A stretch of DNA of 64,000 nucleotides from Candidatus Sungiibacteriota bacterium (GCA_016201505.1 JACQCQ010000013.1:5285-69284); one strand, 5' to 3'. Positions 29,402-38,434 are shown, numbered from the stretch's first letter. Numbers and translations: made by a program. Notes: a model not told the origin generated them from the sequence alone.

Positions 29402-29425
29402 AAATGACTCACCCGTGAGTCATTT
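29402..29425. promoter_or_regulatory. 11-bp-arm inverted repeat upstream of the small gene/Rep operon
   Basis: aaatgactcac-cc-gtgagtcattt. Confidence 0.55.
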
Positions 29426-29459
29426 AGCTAAGGAATAGGCTGAAAAAGGCCTATTTTTT

Positions 29460-29642
29460 ATGCTGCCAAAAGTCGCAATCGAAGAATTTAAGAAGCTCTA
29501 TCACGCTAGATTCAAGGTTGAATTAAGCGACGAAGAAGCATCATACCGAGCCAATAACTTGGTGAATTTGTATTCCGCAGTCTATGGCCAGCCCGTCCCT
29601 GGCCGTATCCAGCCGCCCACAAAGGATTCCAAGAAATTTTAG
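29460..29642 (+). CDS. Small helical protein of the mobile element
   Basis: MLPKVAIEEFKKLY...ELSDEEA...ANNLVNLY. Confidence 0.65.
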   Translation: MLPKVAIEEFKKLYHARFKVELSDEEASYRANNLVNLYSAVYGQPVPGRIQPPTKDSKKF

Positions 29643-29662
29643 GATTCCAAGAAATTTTAGGA
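29623..29662 (+). repeat. 18-bp tandem direct repeat (2 copies plus a partial), iteron-like
   Basis: aggattccaagaaatttt x2 plus agga, immediately before the Rep-like ORF. Confidence 0.85.
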
Positions 29663-29678
29663 CAACAAGTTTTAGCAT

Positions 29679-30908
29679 ATGGACACTGTTCAAATACGAA
29701 TCCGAGGACTTAACAAATTCCATGTAGCGACTTGGGCGTTGTTTAACCAGGATTTTCATCCTCGAAAGTTTGCCGAACTCTCGCGCAACGAATTGACCCA
29801 AGCGAGGAACCCAAGAGTCCCGTACTTGCGGCATTTTGTCTTGCACGGAGGAGATGGCGAGCTTTTCCGCCCGAAAGTGGAGATATTTGAATCGGCAAAC
29901 GTAGAAAAAGGCCTAACCGAATATGACCTCGTAATCACGTTCTCTATCCCCCAATTGCTTAATGAGAACAGCCTCCAAGAAATTGCTCCCAGCGATAGTT
30001 ACCGAGTTTTCGATACTCTCCGCGAACGGCTAAGCAACCTTGGAATCTCGACATTAACAGAACATATCAAGAATGGGACTGTATCGGTAGCCCATTTCTG
30101 CAAGAATATCATCCTGCCGCCGGAAATCCGATTCAGGAGTGTCTCGGCGGAACTCTCAAAAACCGACATGGGAAAAGCATACGATACGTCCGAAGAAATC
30201 ATGCAAAGAGGGACTAATAACAACGAAATCGTGCGGATACGTTGCGGCACACGGGAATGGATTTGTTATAACAAGATCGAGGACTTAAAAAACCATAAGG
30301 GCAAAGGCGCGGGGAGAAGGCGCACGCAACTTGAAAAAGACCTTTTTGCGGTTTACGCCCTTGATGGCCTAGAAGTCTTCCGATACGAGTACCGGCTCAA
30401 TAAAGCCCAAACCATAAAAAGCGAAATCAATAGCATCCTCGGAAGGCCATACCCGACGCCAATAGTGTTTAACGATTTATTTACAGAAGGACTTTGGAAA
30501 ACAGTTTTGCTTAACTCTTGGGAAAAGCTAATTATGCGTCCAGAAAACCAGCTTGCCCTCCTTGGGGGCGATGACAAGCTGGCACTATTGCATCACATAC
30601 TCCACAAGGCAGAATCGAAAGAAAGAAGTGCGCATAGCCAAAACCAAGCACTCGTAAGCTACTCACTTGCTGTAGCCATCAAAGACCACGGAGTTAAGAC
30701 GATAAGGCAAGAGCTGGCTAGAGGGTGGTCAAATAAAGCCGATGACAGGCTTACGGAGAAGCTAGAAGCAGCGGCGAGCGCAATGGAGGATTTATCTTTT
30801 TCGGATGGGTTATCTTTTATAGACCGCGAGCTTAGGCGATTTAACAGCACTACCTTGGATTCGTTTCCCAAGAAAATGGCGCTTGATAAGTCCAAAAGAA
30901 CCCTGTAA
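29679..30908 (+). CDS. Putative replication-initiator-like protein (Rep_trans / phage II-X-like)
   Basis: MDTVQI start, ITFSIPQLL..N, VS..HFCKN, CYNKI, FRYEYRL; position between xis and the recombinase. Confidence 0.55.
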   Translation: MDTVQIRIRGLNKFHVATWALFNQDFHPRKFAELSRNELTQARNPRVPYLRHFVLHGGDGELFRPKVEIFESANVEKGLTEYDLVITFSIPQLLNENSLQEIAPSDSYRVFDTLRERLSNLGISTLTEHIKNGTVSVAHFCKNIILPPEIRFRSVSAELSKTDMGKAYDTSEEIMQRGTNNNEIVRIRCGTREWICYNKIEDLKNHKGKGAGRRRTQLEKDLFAVYALDGLEVFRYEYRLNKAQTIKSEINSILGRPYPTPIVFNDLFTEGLWKTVLLNSWEKLIMRPENQLALLGGDDKLALLHHILHKAESKERSAHSQNQALVSYSLAVAIKDHGVKTIRQELARGWSNKADDRLTEKLEAAASAMEDLSFSDGLSFIDRELRRFNSTTLDSFPKKMALDKSKRTL

Positions 30909-30911
30909 AAT
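30883..30911 (+). promoter_or_regulatory. Sigma70-type promoter for the recombinase-2 leader
   Basis: TTGATA-17 bp-TAAAAT. Confidence 0.6.
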
Positions 30912-30917
30912 GATGAT

Positions 30918-31052
30918 GTTGACCCGTCCAAAAGCTATCCGCCACAAAGGTATTTTTATTGGTTTTAGTGTCCCAAAAGGGGCGGTTTCAGCCGGTAGAG
31001 CTACTTCCTTTGTGGAGCAAGCGGACTGGGTCAACCTGAACCGTCCCTTTTG
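30918..31052 (+). ncRNA. Candidate structured RNA / 5' leader of recombinase 2
   Basis: gttgacccgtcc/ggactgggtcaac, ccacaaagg/cctttgtgg and a crossing pair caaaaggggcggtttcag/ctgaaccgtcccttttg. Confidence 0.45.
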
Positions 31053-31058
31053 TGTTTT

Positions 31059-32684
31059 ATGAAAGAAAATCTTAATAAAATTTCATATTTTATTTATCCC
31101 AGAAAATCTTCCGAGCAGGAAGATAGGCAGGTTGTTTCCATTGAGTCTCAAACTAGAGAACTTCAAGAAGTTGTTGTGAGAGAATCTTTGGCTGTCAAAG
31201 ACACGCTCCCCGAATCTCATTCAGCGAAATCTCCAGGCCGCCCGATTTTTAACAAAATGGTTCAAAGAATCCAGGAGGGAGAGGCAAACGGCCTCTTAGT
31301 CTGGAACGCAAGCCGTATCGCCCGTAATGCGGTTGATACAGGCCAAATTATCCATCTTCTTGATACGGGAAAGCTACTTGAGGTAAGAACCCCTAGCCAG
31401 ATATTCAGAAACACCCCAAATGATAAATTCTTACTCAATCTCTTTTGTAGCCAAGCGAAACTTGAAAATGACAATAAGGGCGTGGATGTAAAACGGGGGC
31501 TTAAAACAAAAGCGCAAATGGGTATGTATCCCTGTCACGCGACGGCAGGATATATGAACGATAAGACTGCCGAGAAGGGCTTTAAGCAATTGCATCCAGA
31601 CCCCGAACGCTTTGAGCTAGTCCGAAAGATTTTTGACCTAATCCTTACCGGAGCGTATTCGCCGATGCACGCCTTAAGAATCGCAAACGAGGATTGGAAA
31701 TTCAAAATGCCGAGCGGCAAACCTATGGGGCGCAGTACCCTGTATAACATTTTGACCCGCCCGATTTATTACGGGATGTACGAATACCCTATCGGTAGTG
31801 GGAATTGGCATCGGGGCATCCACAAGCCAATGATTACGGAAGATGAATATGACAGGATTCAAATGCTCTTAGGCAGGCAGGGTAAGCCGCGCCCTAAGAG
31901 CCACATCTTTGATTTTGCCGGAATGATGCGATGCGGAGAATGCAATGCGATGATTACGGTTGAAGAAAAATACAAACACCAAAAGAACGGAAAAATCCAT
32001 CACTATATTTATTACCATTGCACCAAGCGAAAAAATCCTAACTGCTCTCAAGGCTCAATTGAAGAAGCGGAGCTAAATAGGCAGATAAATGCGGCCATTG
32101 ATAAACTCGTTATCCCGCCCGAATTTCACGATTTTGGCATGAGGTGGTTCAGGGCGCAGAACGAGAATGAGTCATCGAGCAGAAATGCTATCCTCGCTAC
32201 CCGTCAGGAAGCCTATAAGCTCTGTATCAAGAAAATTGACGGGTATATTGATATGCGAGCGGCCAAGGAAATTACAGCAGAGCAGTATGCCCAAAGGATA
32301 GCCCCCTTGGAACGCGAGAAAGCTCAACACGAGGAGTTTTTTGCCGATATGGGTCAAAGGATAGACCAATGGATTCAAACAGCAGACGAGATGTTCACTT
32401 TTTTGGACGATGCAAAGGAAAAGTTCAAAACCGGAACCCTGGAGACAAAAAGGCAGATACTTTCGACTCTTGGTTCGAACCTCGTGATAAAAGACAAAAT
32501 ACTCACACTGGACGTGCAAAATACGCTCTTGCCAATGGAAGTCGTCTCGGAAGAGGCTAAAAAGATTTATGCACGGTTCGAACCTGTCAAAAGTGCCATA
32601 GATAAAAGGAAACTGGAGCTTGCTTACTCCAAGAGTCCACGAATGCTCCGGCGGCAGGACTCGAACCTGCGACCTGGGGATTAA
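31059..32684 (+). CDS. Large serine recombinase, element 2; C-terminus read from the antisense of tRNA-Asn
   Basis: YPRKSS, SRIARN, CGECN...YYHC...C; ends LRRQDSNLRPGD*, the tRNA T-arm read antisense. Confidence 0.95.
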   Translation: MKENLNKISYFIYPRKSSEQEDRQVVSIESQTRELQEVVVRESLAVKDTLPESHSAKSPGRPIFNKMVQRIQEGEANGLLVWNASRIARNAVDTGQIIHLLDTGKLLEVRTPSQIFRNTPNDKFLLNLFCSQAKLENDNKGVDVKRGLKTKAQMGMYPCHATAGYMNDKTAEKGFKQLHPDPERFELVRKIFDLILTGAYSPMHALRIANEDWKFKMPSGKPMGRSTLYNILTRPIYYGMYEYPIGSGNWHRGIHKPMITEDEYDRIQMLLGRQGKPRPKSHIFDFAGMMRCGECNAMITVEEKYKHQKNGKIHHYIYYHCTKRKNPNCSQGSIEEAELNRQINAAIDKLVIPPEFHDFGMRWFRAQNENESSSRNAILATRQEAYKLCIKKIDGYIDMRAAKEITAEQYAQRIAPLEREKAQHEEFFADMGQRIDQWIQTADEMFTFLDDAKEKFKTGTLETKRQILSTLGSNLVIKDKILTLDVQNTLLPMEVVSEEAKKIYARFEPVKSAIDKRKLELAYSKSPRMLRRQDSNLRPGD

Positions 32685-32717
32685 CAGTCCCTCGCTCTAC
32701 CACTGAGCTACGCCGGA
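32646..32717 (-). tRNA. tRNA-Asn (GTT)
   Basis: TCCGGCG acceptor stem, D arm AGCTCAGTGGTAGAGC, anticodon loop CTGTTAA, GGTTCGAGTCC T arm. Confidence 0.97.
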
Positions 32718-32959
32718 ATATATTTCTTTATAAATTCTCGGCCTCGGAAGCTTTTCAATTGCTTTTCACGCCTTAAAGCCTCCCGTCGAGTAGTTAGATG
32801 TTCAGAGTATATAAGATCCCAATGGCCGTCAAATCTTGAAGTAAAGCTATTTTTAAAAGTTTTTTCCTCATGCAAAGTAAGCCTCTTTTCTAAGTTTTCT
32901 GTTTGACCAACATAAATCTTATCAAACTTTTTATTGTAGAGTGCGTAAACGAAGTACAT
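32708..32959 (-). CDS. Small GIY-YIG nuclease family protein
   Basis: YFVYAL...IYVGQT.NLEKRL..H...A..REKQLK; stop codon overlaps the tRNA-Asn 5' end. Confidence 0.9.
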   Translation of the reverse strand: MYFVYALYNKKFDKIYVGQTENLEKRLTLHEEKTFKNSFTSRFDGHWDLIYSEHLTTRREALRREKQLKSFRGREFIKKYIPA

Positions 32960-32964
32960 AAGCC

Positions 32965-33005
32965 CGCTCTACCTCCGCCGGCTGGCGGAGAGCTACGCCG
33001 GAATA
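32965..33005 (-). repeat. Duplicate of the tRNA-Asn 5' end interrupted by a palindromic element
   Basis: cgctctacc[tccgccggctggcgga]gagctacgccggaata versus cgctctacc[act]gagctacgccggaata at 32693-32720. Confidence 0.8.
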
Positions 33006-33053
33006 CCAAAAAAGTATAGCCTCAAAGCAAGCTCAAATCAAATCTGGATTTAT

Positions 33054-34271
33054 CTAATACCCTTCTAACTTTCGCGCTAGCGAATGGCCGCGCATTTTTT
33101 CGATGGCTTTGGCTTCAATCTGACGGATGCGTTCGCGCGTCACGCCGAATTCCTTGCCAACTTCTTCCAAGGTATGCGTGATGCCGTCATCCAGCCCGAA
33201 ACGCATGCGCAGGATTCTTTGCTCGCGCGGCGTTAAATCGGAAATAATCCCGCTGACTTGCTCCCGAAGTAATCTCCGCGCGGCCGACTGCACCGGCGAA
33301 AGAGTTTTTTCATCCACGATAAATTCGCCGAGCACCGAATCCCCCTCATCGCTGTCATCCCCCACTGGCGCTTCGAGGCTCACCGTCTCTTGCGAAATCT
33401 TTTGAATGTAATGCACCTTTTCGACATCTACCCCCATTTCAGAGGCGATCTCCTCCGGCAACGGTTCGCGGCCCAAATCTTGCAGGAGCCTTCGTTTTAC
33501 CTGCTGGAACTTTGAGATAGTTTCAACCATATGCACCGGGATGCGAATAGTGCGCGCCTGATCGGCAAGCGCCCGCGTGATGGCTTGCCTAATCCACCAA
33601 GTGGCATAGGTGGAAAATTTAAATCCTTTGCGATAATCGAATTTTTCGACCGCCTTAAAGAGACCGATATTCCCCTCCTGAATTAAATCAAGCAATGTTA
33701 AATGCGGCGATCGGCCGACATATTTTTTGGCGAGCGAAACCACCAGCCGGAGGTTGGCTTGGGTTAACTTTTTTTTAGCCTCCTCATCGCCTTTTTCAAT
33801 TTTTCGCGCCAGATCTTTTTCCTCATCGCCCGTCAGCAAAGAGATCCGGCCAATTTCACGCAGATACATCTGAACCGAGTCAGAGGATAATTGCTCCAAG
33901 TCGGCTTCTTGCTCTCTGCGGCGGCGCTTCATATCGGGTTCTTTTGGCTGCGGAGCGTCTAAAAATTCACGCGCTTCCAAGACTTCAATATTTGCCGCCT
34001 CAAATTTTTGATAGAGCCGTTCTAAGGTCTCCAAATCAGTCTCAATTTGGGGAAATTCAGCCATAATTTCGGCATAGGTCACGAACTCGCGATCACCGCC
34101 CTTCTTCAGCAAATGCTGGATTTTTAATTCAGTTGCGTCTTTTGATTTCGCCGCTTTTCTGAATTTTGATTTCTTTTTGCCAAAACGCGCCGACTTTCTT
34201 TTTTTCAGCTTTTGCGTTTTCCTCATTTTTCTTATTTTTACTTTCTTTCGTTTGATTTTCCTTTTCTTCAT
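33054..34271 (-). CDS. rpoD: Primary sigma factor (sigma70/RpoD) with a Lys-rich N-terminus
   Basis: [64 protein letters not shown]. Confidence 0.97.
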   Translation of the reverse strand: MKKRKIKRKKVKIRKMRKTQKLKKRKSARFGKKKSKFRKAAKSKDATELKIQHLLKKGGDREFVTYAEIMAEFPQIETDLETLERLYQKFEAANIEVLEAREFLDAPQPKEPDMKRRRREQEADLEQLSSDSVQMYLREIGRISLLTGDEEKDLARKIEKGDEEAKKKLTQANLRLVVSLAKKYVGRSPHLTLLDLIQEGNIGLFKAVEKFDYRKGFKFSTYATWWIRQAITRALADQARTIRIPVHMVETISKFQQVKRRLLQDLGREPLPEEIASEMGVDVEKVHYIQKISQETVSLEAPVGDDSDEGDSVLGEFIVDEKTLSPVQSAARRLLREQVSGIISDLTPREQRILRMRFGLDDGITHTLEEVGKEFGVTRERIRQIEAKAIEKMRGHSLARKLEGY

Positions 34272-34368
34272 CCCGTTAGAACTATATATTATTTAAAAGC
34301 AATTTAACAAAATTCGATAACAGGTCTTGAGCCACATTGAGTCTTTGCGAAATCAAGTTCTAACGGGA
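34271..34368. mobile_element. MITE-like ~100-bp element with TCCCGTTAGA terminal inverted repeats
   Basis: tcccgttagaact...agttctaacggga (13-bp IR); related element at 41509-41614. Confidence 0.65.
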
Positions 34369-34423
34369 CTCATAGAAAAAGTCTCTCAAGTGTGGGATTA
34401 TGATAAAACAGATATAAAAATCG

Positions 34424-36187
34424 CTATCTCTTTTCAAGAGATCGCAACTTTTCAGATGCATCTTTAAAATCATGGAGCAACGCCCCGACGCGCTCCTCGT
34501 CACCGGACCGTTCAGCCTCATTGATCGATTCGGCAATCAATGTCAGGCGCTCTTTTAGGCGTTCTCGTTCAACTTCGCGAATACAAGCGGCAATTTCAAC
34601 CCGGGAGTCTTTAATATTCGAAAAAAGAGACTCAACCTCGAAAATAATCCGATCCACGTACGTTCGCCATTCCTCCGGCAGGCGCTCCAGCATATCCGAA
34701 ACCTCATCTTGAGGCCCAGTCTCGAAGACCTTGATAATTTCGCCGTGCGGACTGATAGCAAAGAGGAGCGAAGTATCATGTTCTTTTAACATGACTCTCG
34801 CCTCGGGGTAGAGGAATAGTGCGCCCAAAATGCGCTCTTCGAGTTGTTGCGTTTTTAACCTTCCGGGCTTCGTTGACTCTATCCTGTTTGACGCGTTTCC
34901 GTCAATTGCCAACAGATAGCGCCGTAACTCAGCCCAGACCGCTTCTTCTTTAATCCCCAAAGTGCCGGCAATTTTTGAAATCCAATGAGCACGCTCAATT
35001 TCATTTTCAATCTTGGCAACTTCCGGAAGCAAGTAACGGCTAAAATCTTTTTTTGATTCGGCCGTTTTCAGATTATATTTTTGTGTGGCTCGCTCACAGT
35101 AAAAATCCATCAAGGATTTTGACCCCTCTACCGCCGCTTGCCAAATTTTCGGATCTTCAAGAATTGCATCCGCCGGATCTTTGCCTTTAGGAATAACCGC
35201 CACCCGCCGGTTAAAATCGTAGGCCGCAGCAAGATCCAAGCTTCGGCGCGTCGCTGTCTCCCCAGCTTCGTCGGCATCAAAGGATGAAATCAGCGTATCG
35301 GTATAGCGCTTTAAATTGATTAAATGTTTATCCGTCATGGCGGTGCCCGAGACGGCGATAGTTTCAGTCAGGCCAGCTTGATGCGACATGATCAAATCCA
35401 TCTGGCCCTCAACCACAATACAGCGATTTTTTTTGCGGATGGCGTCCTTTGCCCTATCGAGGCCAAACAAAACGCGTGACTTATCATAGACCATAGTCTG
35501 CGGCGAGTTCACATACTTGGCCTCATCGGTTTTTCTGCCGCTTTCAAAGATGCGGCCGGAAAAAGCGATGACTTTCCCGTTTACATCAAAAATCGGAAAC
35601 ATGATGCGATTGCGGAATCGGTCATAATAGGAATCGCGCCGCTTTTCGCTCCTGATGCAAAGCCCGGCCGAGACCATCTCAGCAAAAGTATAATTCTTGG
35701 CGCGCAGGTGGTAGGAAAGCTCATCCCAGGCATCGGGCGCATAGCCGATGCGAAAATTGCTCATTGTCTCATCTTTCAGTCCGCGCAGGCGCAAATATTG
35801 AACCACCGCAGGCACTTTTTTTAACTGGCTTTGGTAGAATTTTGTAGCTTCTTCCATGACGGCATACATCCGCTCGCGCTCGGTGCGAAGCCGCGGGTCT
35901 TCGCGCACGAGTTCCACGCCGGTTCGTTCAGCCAGCGTTTTTAAGGCATCGCGAAACTCCACGTTCTCAAGTTCCATCACAAACTTAAACGCATCGCCGC
36001 CTTTTGAACAGCCGAAGCAGTGCCAGGTTTGTCTGGTTGGCGAGACAATAAACGAGGGCGTCTTTTCCGAATGAAACGGGCAGAGCCCCTTCCAATTAAT
36101 CCCGGCGCGCGACAGCTTCACATAGCCTTGGATGAAAGGCACGATATCAAGCCTTGATTTAATTTCCTGGATGACTGGGTCAGACAT
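34424..36187 (-). CDS. dnaG: DNA primase
   Basis: CPFH.EKTPSF Zn finger, DRFRNRIMFPI, KYVNSP, VVEGQMD, Toprim D.D.AG, KDP. Confidence 0.97.
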   Translation of the reverse strand: MSDPVIQEIKSRLDIVPFIQGYVKLSRAGINWKGLCPFHSEKTPSFIVSPTRQTWHCFGCSKGGDAFKFVMELENVEFRDALKTLAERTGVELVREDPRLRTERERMYAVMEEATKFYQSQLKKVPAVVQYLRLRGLKDETMSNFRIGYAPDAWDELSYHLRAKNYTFAEMVSAGLCIRSEKRRDSYYDRFRNRIMFPIFDVNGKVIAFSGRIFESGRKTDEAKYVNSPQTMVYDKSRVLFGLDRAKDAIRKKNRCIVVEGQMDLIMSHQAGLTETIAVSGTAMTDKHLINLKRYTDTLISSFDADEAGETATRRSLDLAAAYDFNRRVAVIPKGKDPADAILEDPKIWQAAVEGSKSLMDFYCERATQKYNLKTAESKKDFSRYLLPEVAKIENEIERAHWISKIAGTLGIKEEAVWAELRRYLLAIDGNASNRIESTKPGRLKTQQLEERILGALFLYPEARVMLKEHDTSLLFAISPHGEIIKVFETGPQDEVSDMLERLPEEWRTYVDRIIFEVESLFSNIKDSRVEIAACIREVERERLKERLTLIAESINEAERSGDEERVGALLHDFKDASEKLRSLEKR

Positions 36188-36620
36188 GAGAAGTAATGAG
36201 ATTGCTATCAGTATAAATTTTCCCACTAAGCCAATTATCTATAACGCGCTGGCTGTGCGGAAAAACTGGCACCGGAAGTTTATCGAGAGCGTACCAACGC
36301 CAATTTCTCGAATGCTCGGGCTCGGCGTCGTACGACTCGCCCGAGTGACATTCTGCCAAAAGCCCAATGGAAACATAATGTTTGTCATATAAAATATCAT
36401 TTCCAATCGAGACAACACCACAAAGCGTAATATCCTGGAGTCCGGTTTCTTCAAGCACCTCGCGTTTGGCCGCTTCTTCAAACGTCTCGCCAAATTCTAA
36501 ATGGCCGCCCGGAATTTCAAACGTGCCGGCTCCGTGATTCGAAAGACGTTCGCCCAATAAAATTTTATTGCCGCGCTTTACAATAATCCCAATCCCAACT
36601 TTTGGTCGGTCGCCCTCCAT
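36180..36620 (-). CDS. NUDIX hydrolase
   Basis: PGGHLEFGETFEEAAKREVLEETG Nudix box; ATG 36620. Confidence 0.93.
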   Translation of the reverse strand: MEGDRPKVGIGIIVKRGNKILLGERLSNHGAGTFEIPGGHLEFGETFEEAAKREVLEETGLQDITLCGVVSIGNDILYDKHYVSIGLLAECHSGESYDAEPEHSRNWRWYALDKLPVPVFPHSQRVIDNWLSGKIYTDSNLITSHV

Positions 36621-36712
36621 AGGTGAGATTATTGTAATCCCCTGCCGCAAACTGTCGAGACTGGAATATGTGCGATAAAAAATGACGCGCCCCGATTCGA
36701 TAGCGGTGCGCG

Positions 36713-37306
36713 TCAACGGGCGGTGAGCCTCCTTAAAAGACGAGCCACATGCATGCGACCGCGAAACAGCCGCGACTTTACAGTGCCTACCGGGATCTTG
36801 AGCCCTCGGGCGATTTCTTCGAGCCCGAGATCGTCCCAATACCGGCATTGCATAACGGACTCGTACTCGCGCGGGAGAAGTGCGAGTATCTTCTCGCCCA
36901 GCTGTCTTAACTCGACTGATTTATCTTCAGGTTCTCTGCCGCCGATTAAGTCCTCCAGCCGCCCATCTTCATACGGCACTTGGCGGGCAGCTTTTTCGAC
37001 ATGCGTGAGCGCAGAATTTCTTACGACCATCCAAGCCCAGTTGAGAAATGAGCTGCCGGGATAGCTATGGAAGCGATGATGAAAAGTCATCATCCGCACG
37101 AAGGCATCCTGCAGTACATCTTCGGCATTCTGATACCCAGCGATGCGGGCAGCCAGACCGAGGAATTTCCCATGATGCCGCACCACAAGCTCCGCGAAAC
37201 ATTCCCGCTCCTTCTCCGACCGAAAGAACAAATCCTCATCCGAGACCCCGAGAAACTGATTCTCAAGGCCGTTTGTTCCAGCCGAGTTCAGTTTCACTAT
37301 GAGCAC
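36713..37306 (-). CDS. ECF sigma-70 factor
   Basis: AEDVLQDAF region 2, EEIARGLKIPVGTVKSRLFRGR region 4; own TTGACT-17-TAGTAT promoter. Confidence 0.9.
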   Translation of the reverse strand: MLIVKLNSAGTNGLENQFLGVSDEDLFFRSEKERECFAELVVRHHGKFLGLAARIAGYQNAEDVLQDAFVRMMTFHHRFHSYPGSSFLNWAWMVVRNSALTHVEKAARQVPYEDGRLEDLIGGREPEDKSVELRQLGEKILALLPREYESVMQCRYWDDLGLEEIARGLKIPVGTVKSRLFRGRMHVARLLRRLTAR

Positions 37307-37384
37307 TCCTCGTCTTCAGATTATCGGCATACTAGCGGGCAGAGCCACCGAAGTCAACAAATCTAGGCTGATACAACACTCACC

Positions 37385-37422
37385 CAAACATTCTCATGTT
37401 CTTAAGAACATGAGAATGTTTG
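37385..37422. repeat. 38-bp perfect palindrome
   Basis: caaacattctcatgttcttaagaacatgagaatgtttg. Confidence 0.9.
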
Positions 37423-37503
37423 TTTAATTTCCTTGCGGGAAACCCCGTACGGAGTAAAGCGGAGTGCGGGGAGGACGTCATTTCTATAATATGAAAAGCA
37501 CGA

Positions 37504-37535
37504 ATAAGTTCGATAGACTAGTCTATCGAACTTAT
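37504..37535. repeat. 32-bp perfect palindrome
   Basis: ataagttcgatagactagtctatcgaacttat. Confidence 0.9.
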
Positions 37536-37727
37536 AGGATTTTGCTTGCGCATACATTCCGCCAGAAAACGGATCGTGGGTGTACGATCATCGGGCGTTT
37601 CGGCCGTGTAATCGGCTCGGTTGAGGTGGTCTCTTGATAAAAAATGCCTAACACTAGTGGGGATTCTTTAACGGGCAAGCGAACCTATGATACCCGTTAA
37701 AAATATCGAGCCCCCTCCCGCCCAAAA

Positions 37728-37779
37728 CGGAAGCGAGAGGATTCGAACCTCTGATACCATTTCTGGTATACCTGCTTTC
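37728..37779 (-). pseudogene. 3' half of a second tRNA-Ser (anticodon loop to discriminator), 5' half absent
   Basis: GAAAGCAGG-TATACCAGAAATGGTAT (long variable arm)-CAGAGGTTCGAATCCTCT-CGCTTCCG. Confidence 0.7.
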
Positions 37780-37791
37780 TCCCGCGCATAG

Positions 37792-37878
37792 CGGAAAGGG
37801 AGGGATTCGAACCCTCGGTGTCATTTCTGGCACACAGTCTTTCCAGGACTGCCGTTTAAACCACTCACGCACCTTTCC
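37792..37878 (-). tRNA. tRNA-Ser (GGA)
   Basis: GGAAAGG acceptor, CAGTC-CTGGAAA-GACTG anticodon arm, long variable arm, GGTTCGAATCC. Confidence 0.96.
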
Positions 37879-38137
37879 GCTATAAGCGGGATTGCGATTT
37901 GTTCCTCAAAATTCTACGCGGACTTGAATTTTTAGACAAATCGGGAACAAGCTTTCGCACTAGATTTATCCGCCTAATTTTAGCAAACAAATCAGGCGGG
38001 CCACGTCGCCTGCCCCGTAGCCAGCGCGAAGCATTGTGGTACTGGGGCGACCCCCTCCGTCAAACTATGAAGAATAAAGCTACCGTAACCTAACCCCAAG
38101 CTCAAGCAAAGATCTACTCAACTTTAAATAAAAACGT

Positions 38138-38422
38138 TTATTCTAATGTTCTTAAGAACTTGAGAATAAGCTTCCCGCGAGAGGTGAGAGTATGCTCCAC
38201 GGCCGCTCCCCTATTTCGTTTAGAAACAAGACCGGCGATTGCGAGCCGCCTTAAATGGTCGGACACTGTTTTAAAGTTAATCCCAAGGTTCTCGGAAGTC
38301 TGCTGCAGAGTTAACCCGGGCACTCTTTCAAGCAAGGCCATAATCTCAATTCTCCTGTGATTAGAATATCCCTTTGTAATTGTTTCCAATTCTTTAAACA
38401 TCTTCATATGTTTATAACCCAA
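38138..38422 (-). CDS. ArsR-like winged-helix protein
   Basis: SNHRRIEIM.LL...PGLTL...SENL.INFKTVSDHLRRL..AGLV. Confidence 0.85.
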   Translation of the reverse strand: MGYKHMKMFKELETITKGYSNHRRIEIMALLERVPGLTLQQTSENLGINFKTVSDHLRRLAIAGLVSKRNRGAAVEHTLTSRGKLILKFLRTLE

Positions 38423-38434
38423 GTTTAGTGCACA

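Larger units (their letters stand above)
17855..32650. mobile_element. Composite genomic island at the 3' end of tRNA-Asn: two tandem LSR integrative elements
   Basis: TGCTCC direct repeat at 17855-17860 and 32644-32649 (tRNA 3' end); internal junction GGCTCCG at 23929-23935; two LSR genes; defence cargo; terminator-like hairpin left of 17855 that would follow the empty tRNA. Confidence 0.8.
23930..32650. mobile_element. Element 2 (~8.7 kb): restriction-modification, STAS/HATPase, excisionase, Rep-like gene and LSR
   Basis: GCTCCG direct repeat at 23930-23935 and 32645-32650; LSR 31059 runs into tRNA-Asn. Confidence 0.75.

Noticed and set aside
17855-32650. Prophage
   Set aside because: No capsid, terminase, portal or tail genes are present.
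36621-36848. N-terminal extension of the NUDIX ORF to 36848
   Set aside because: It overlaps the ECF sigma gene in another frame, and the Nudix fold starts at ATG 36620.
37430-37720. Possible SRP, 6S or tmRNA in the long intergenic region
   Set aside because: No recognisable conserved motifs; only local hairpins are visible.
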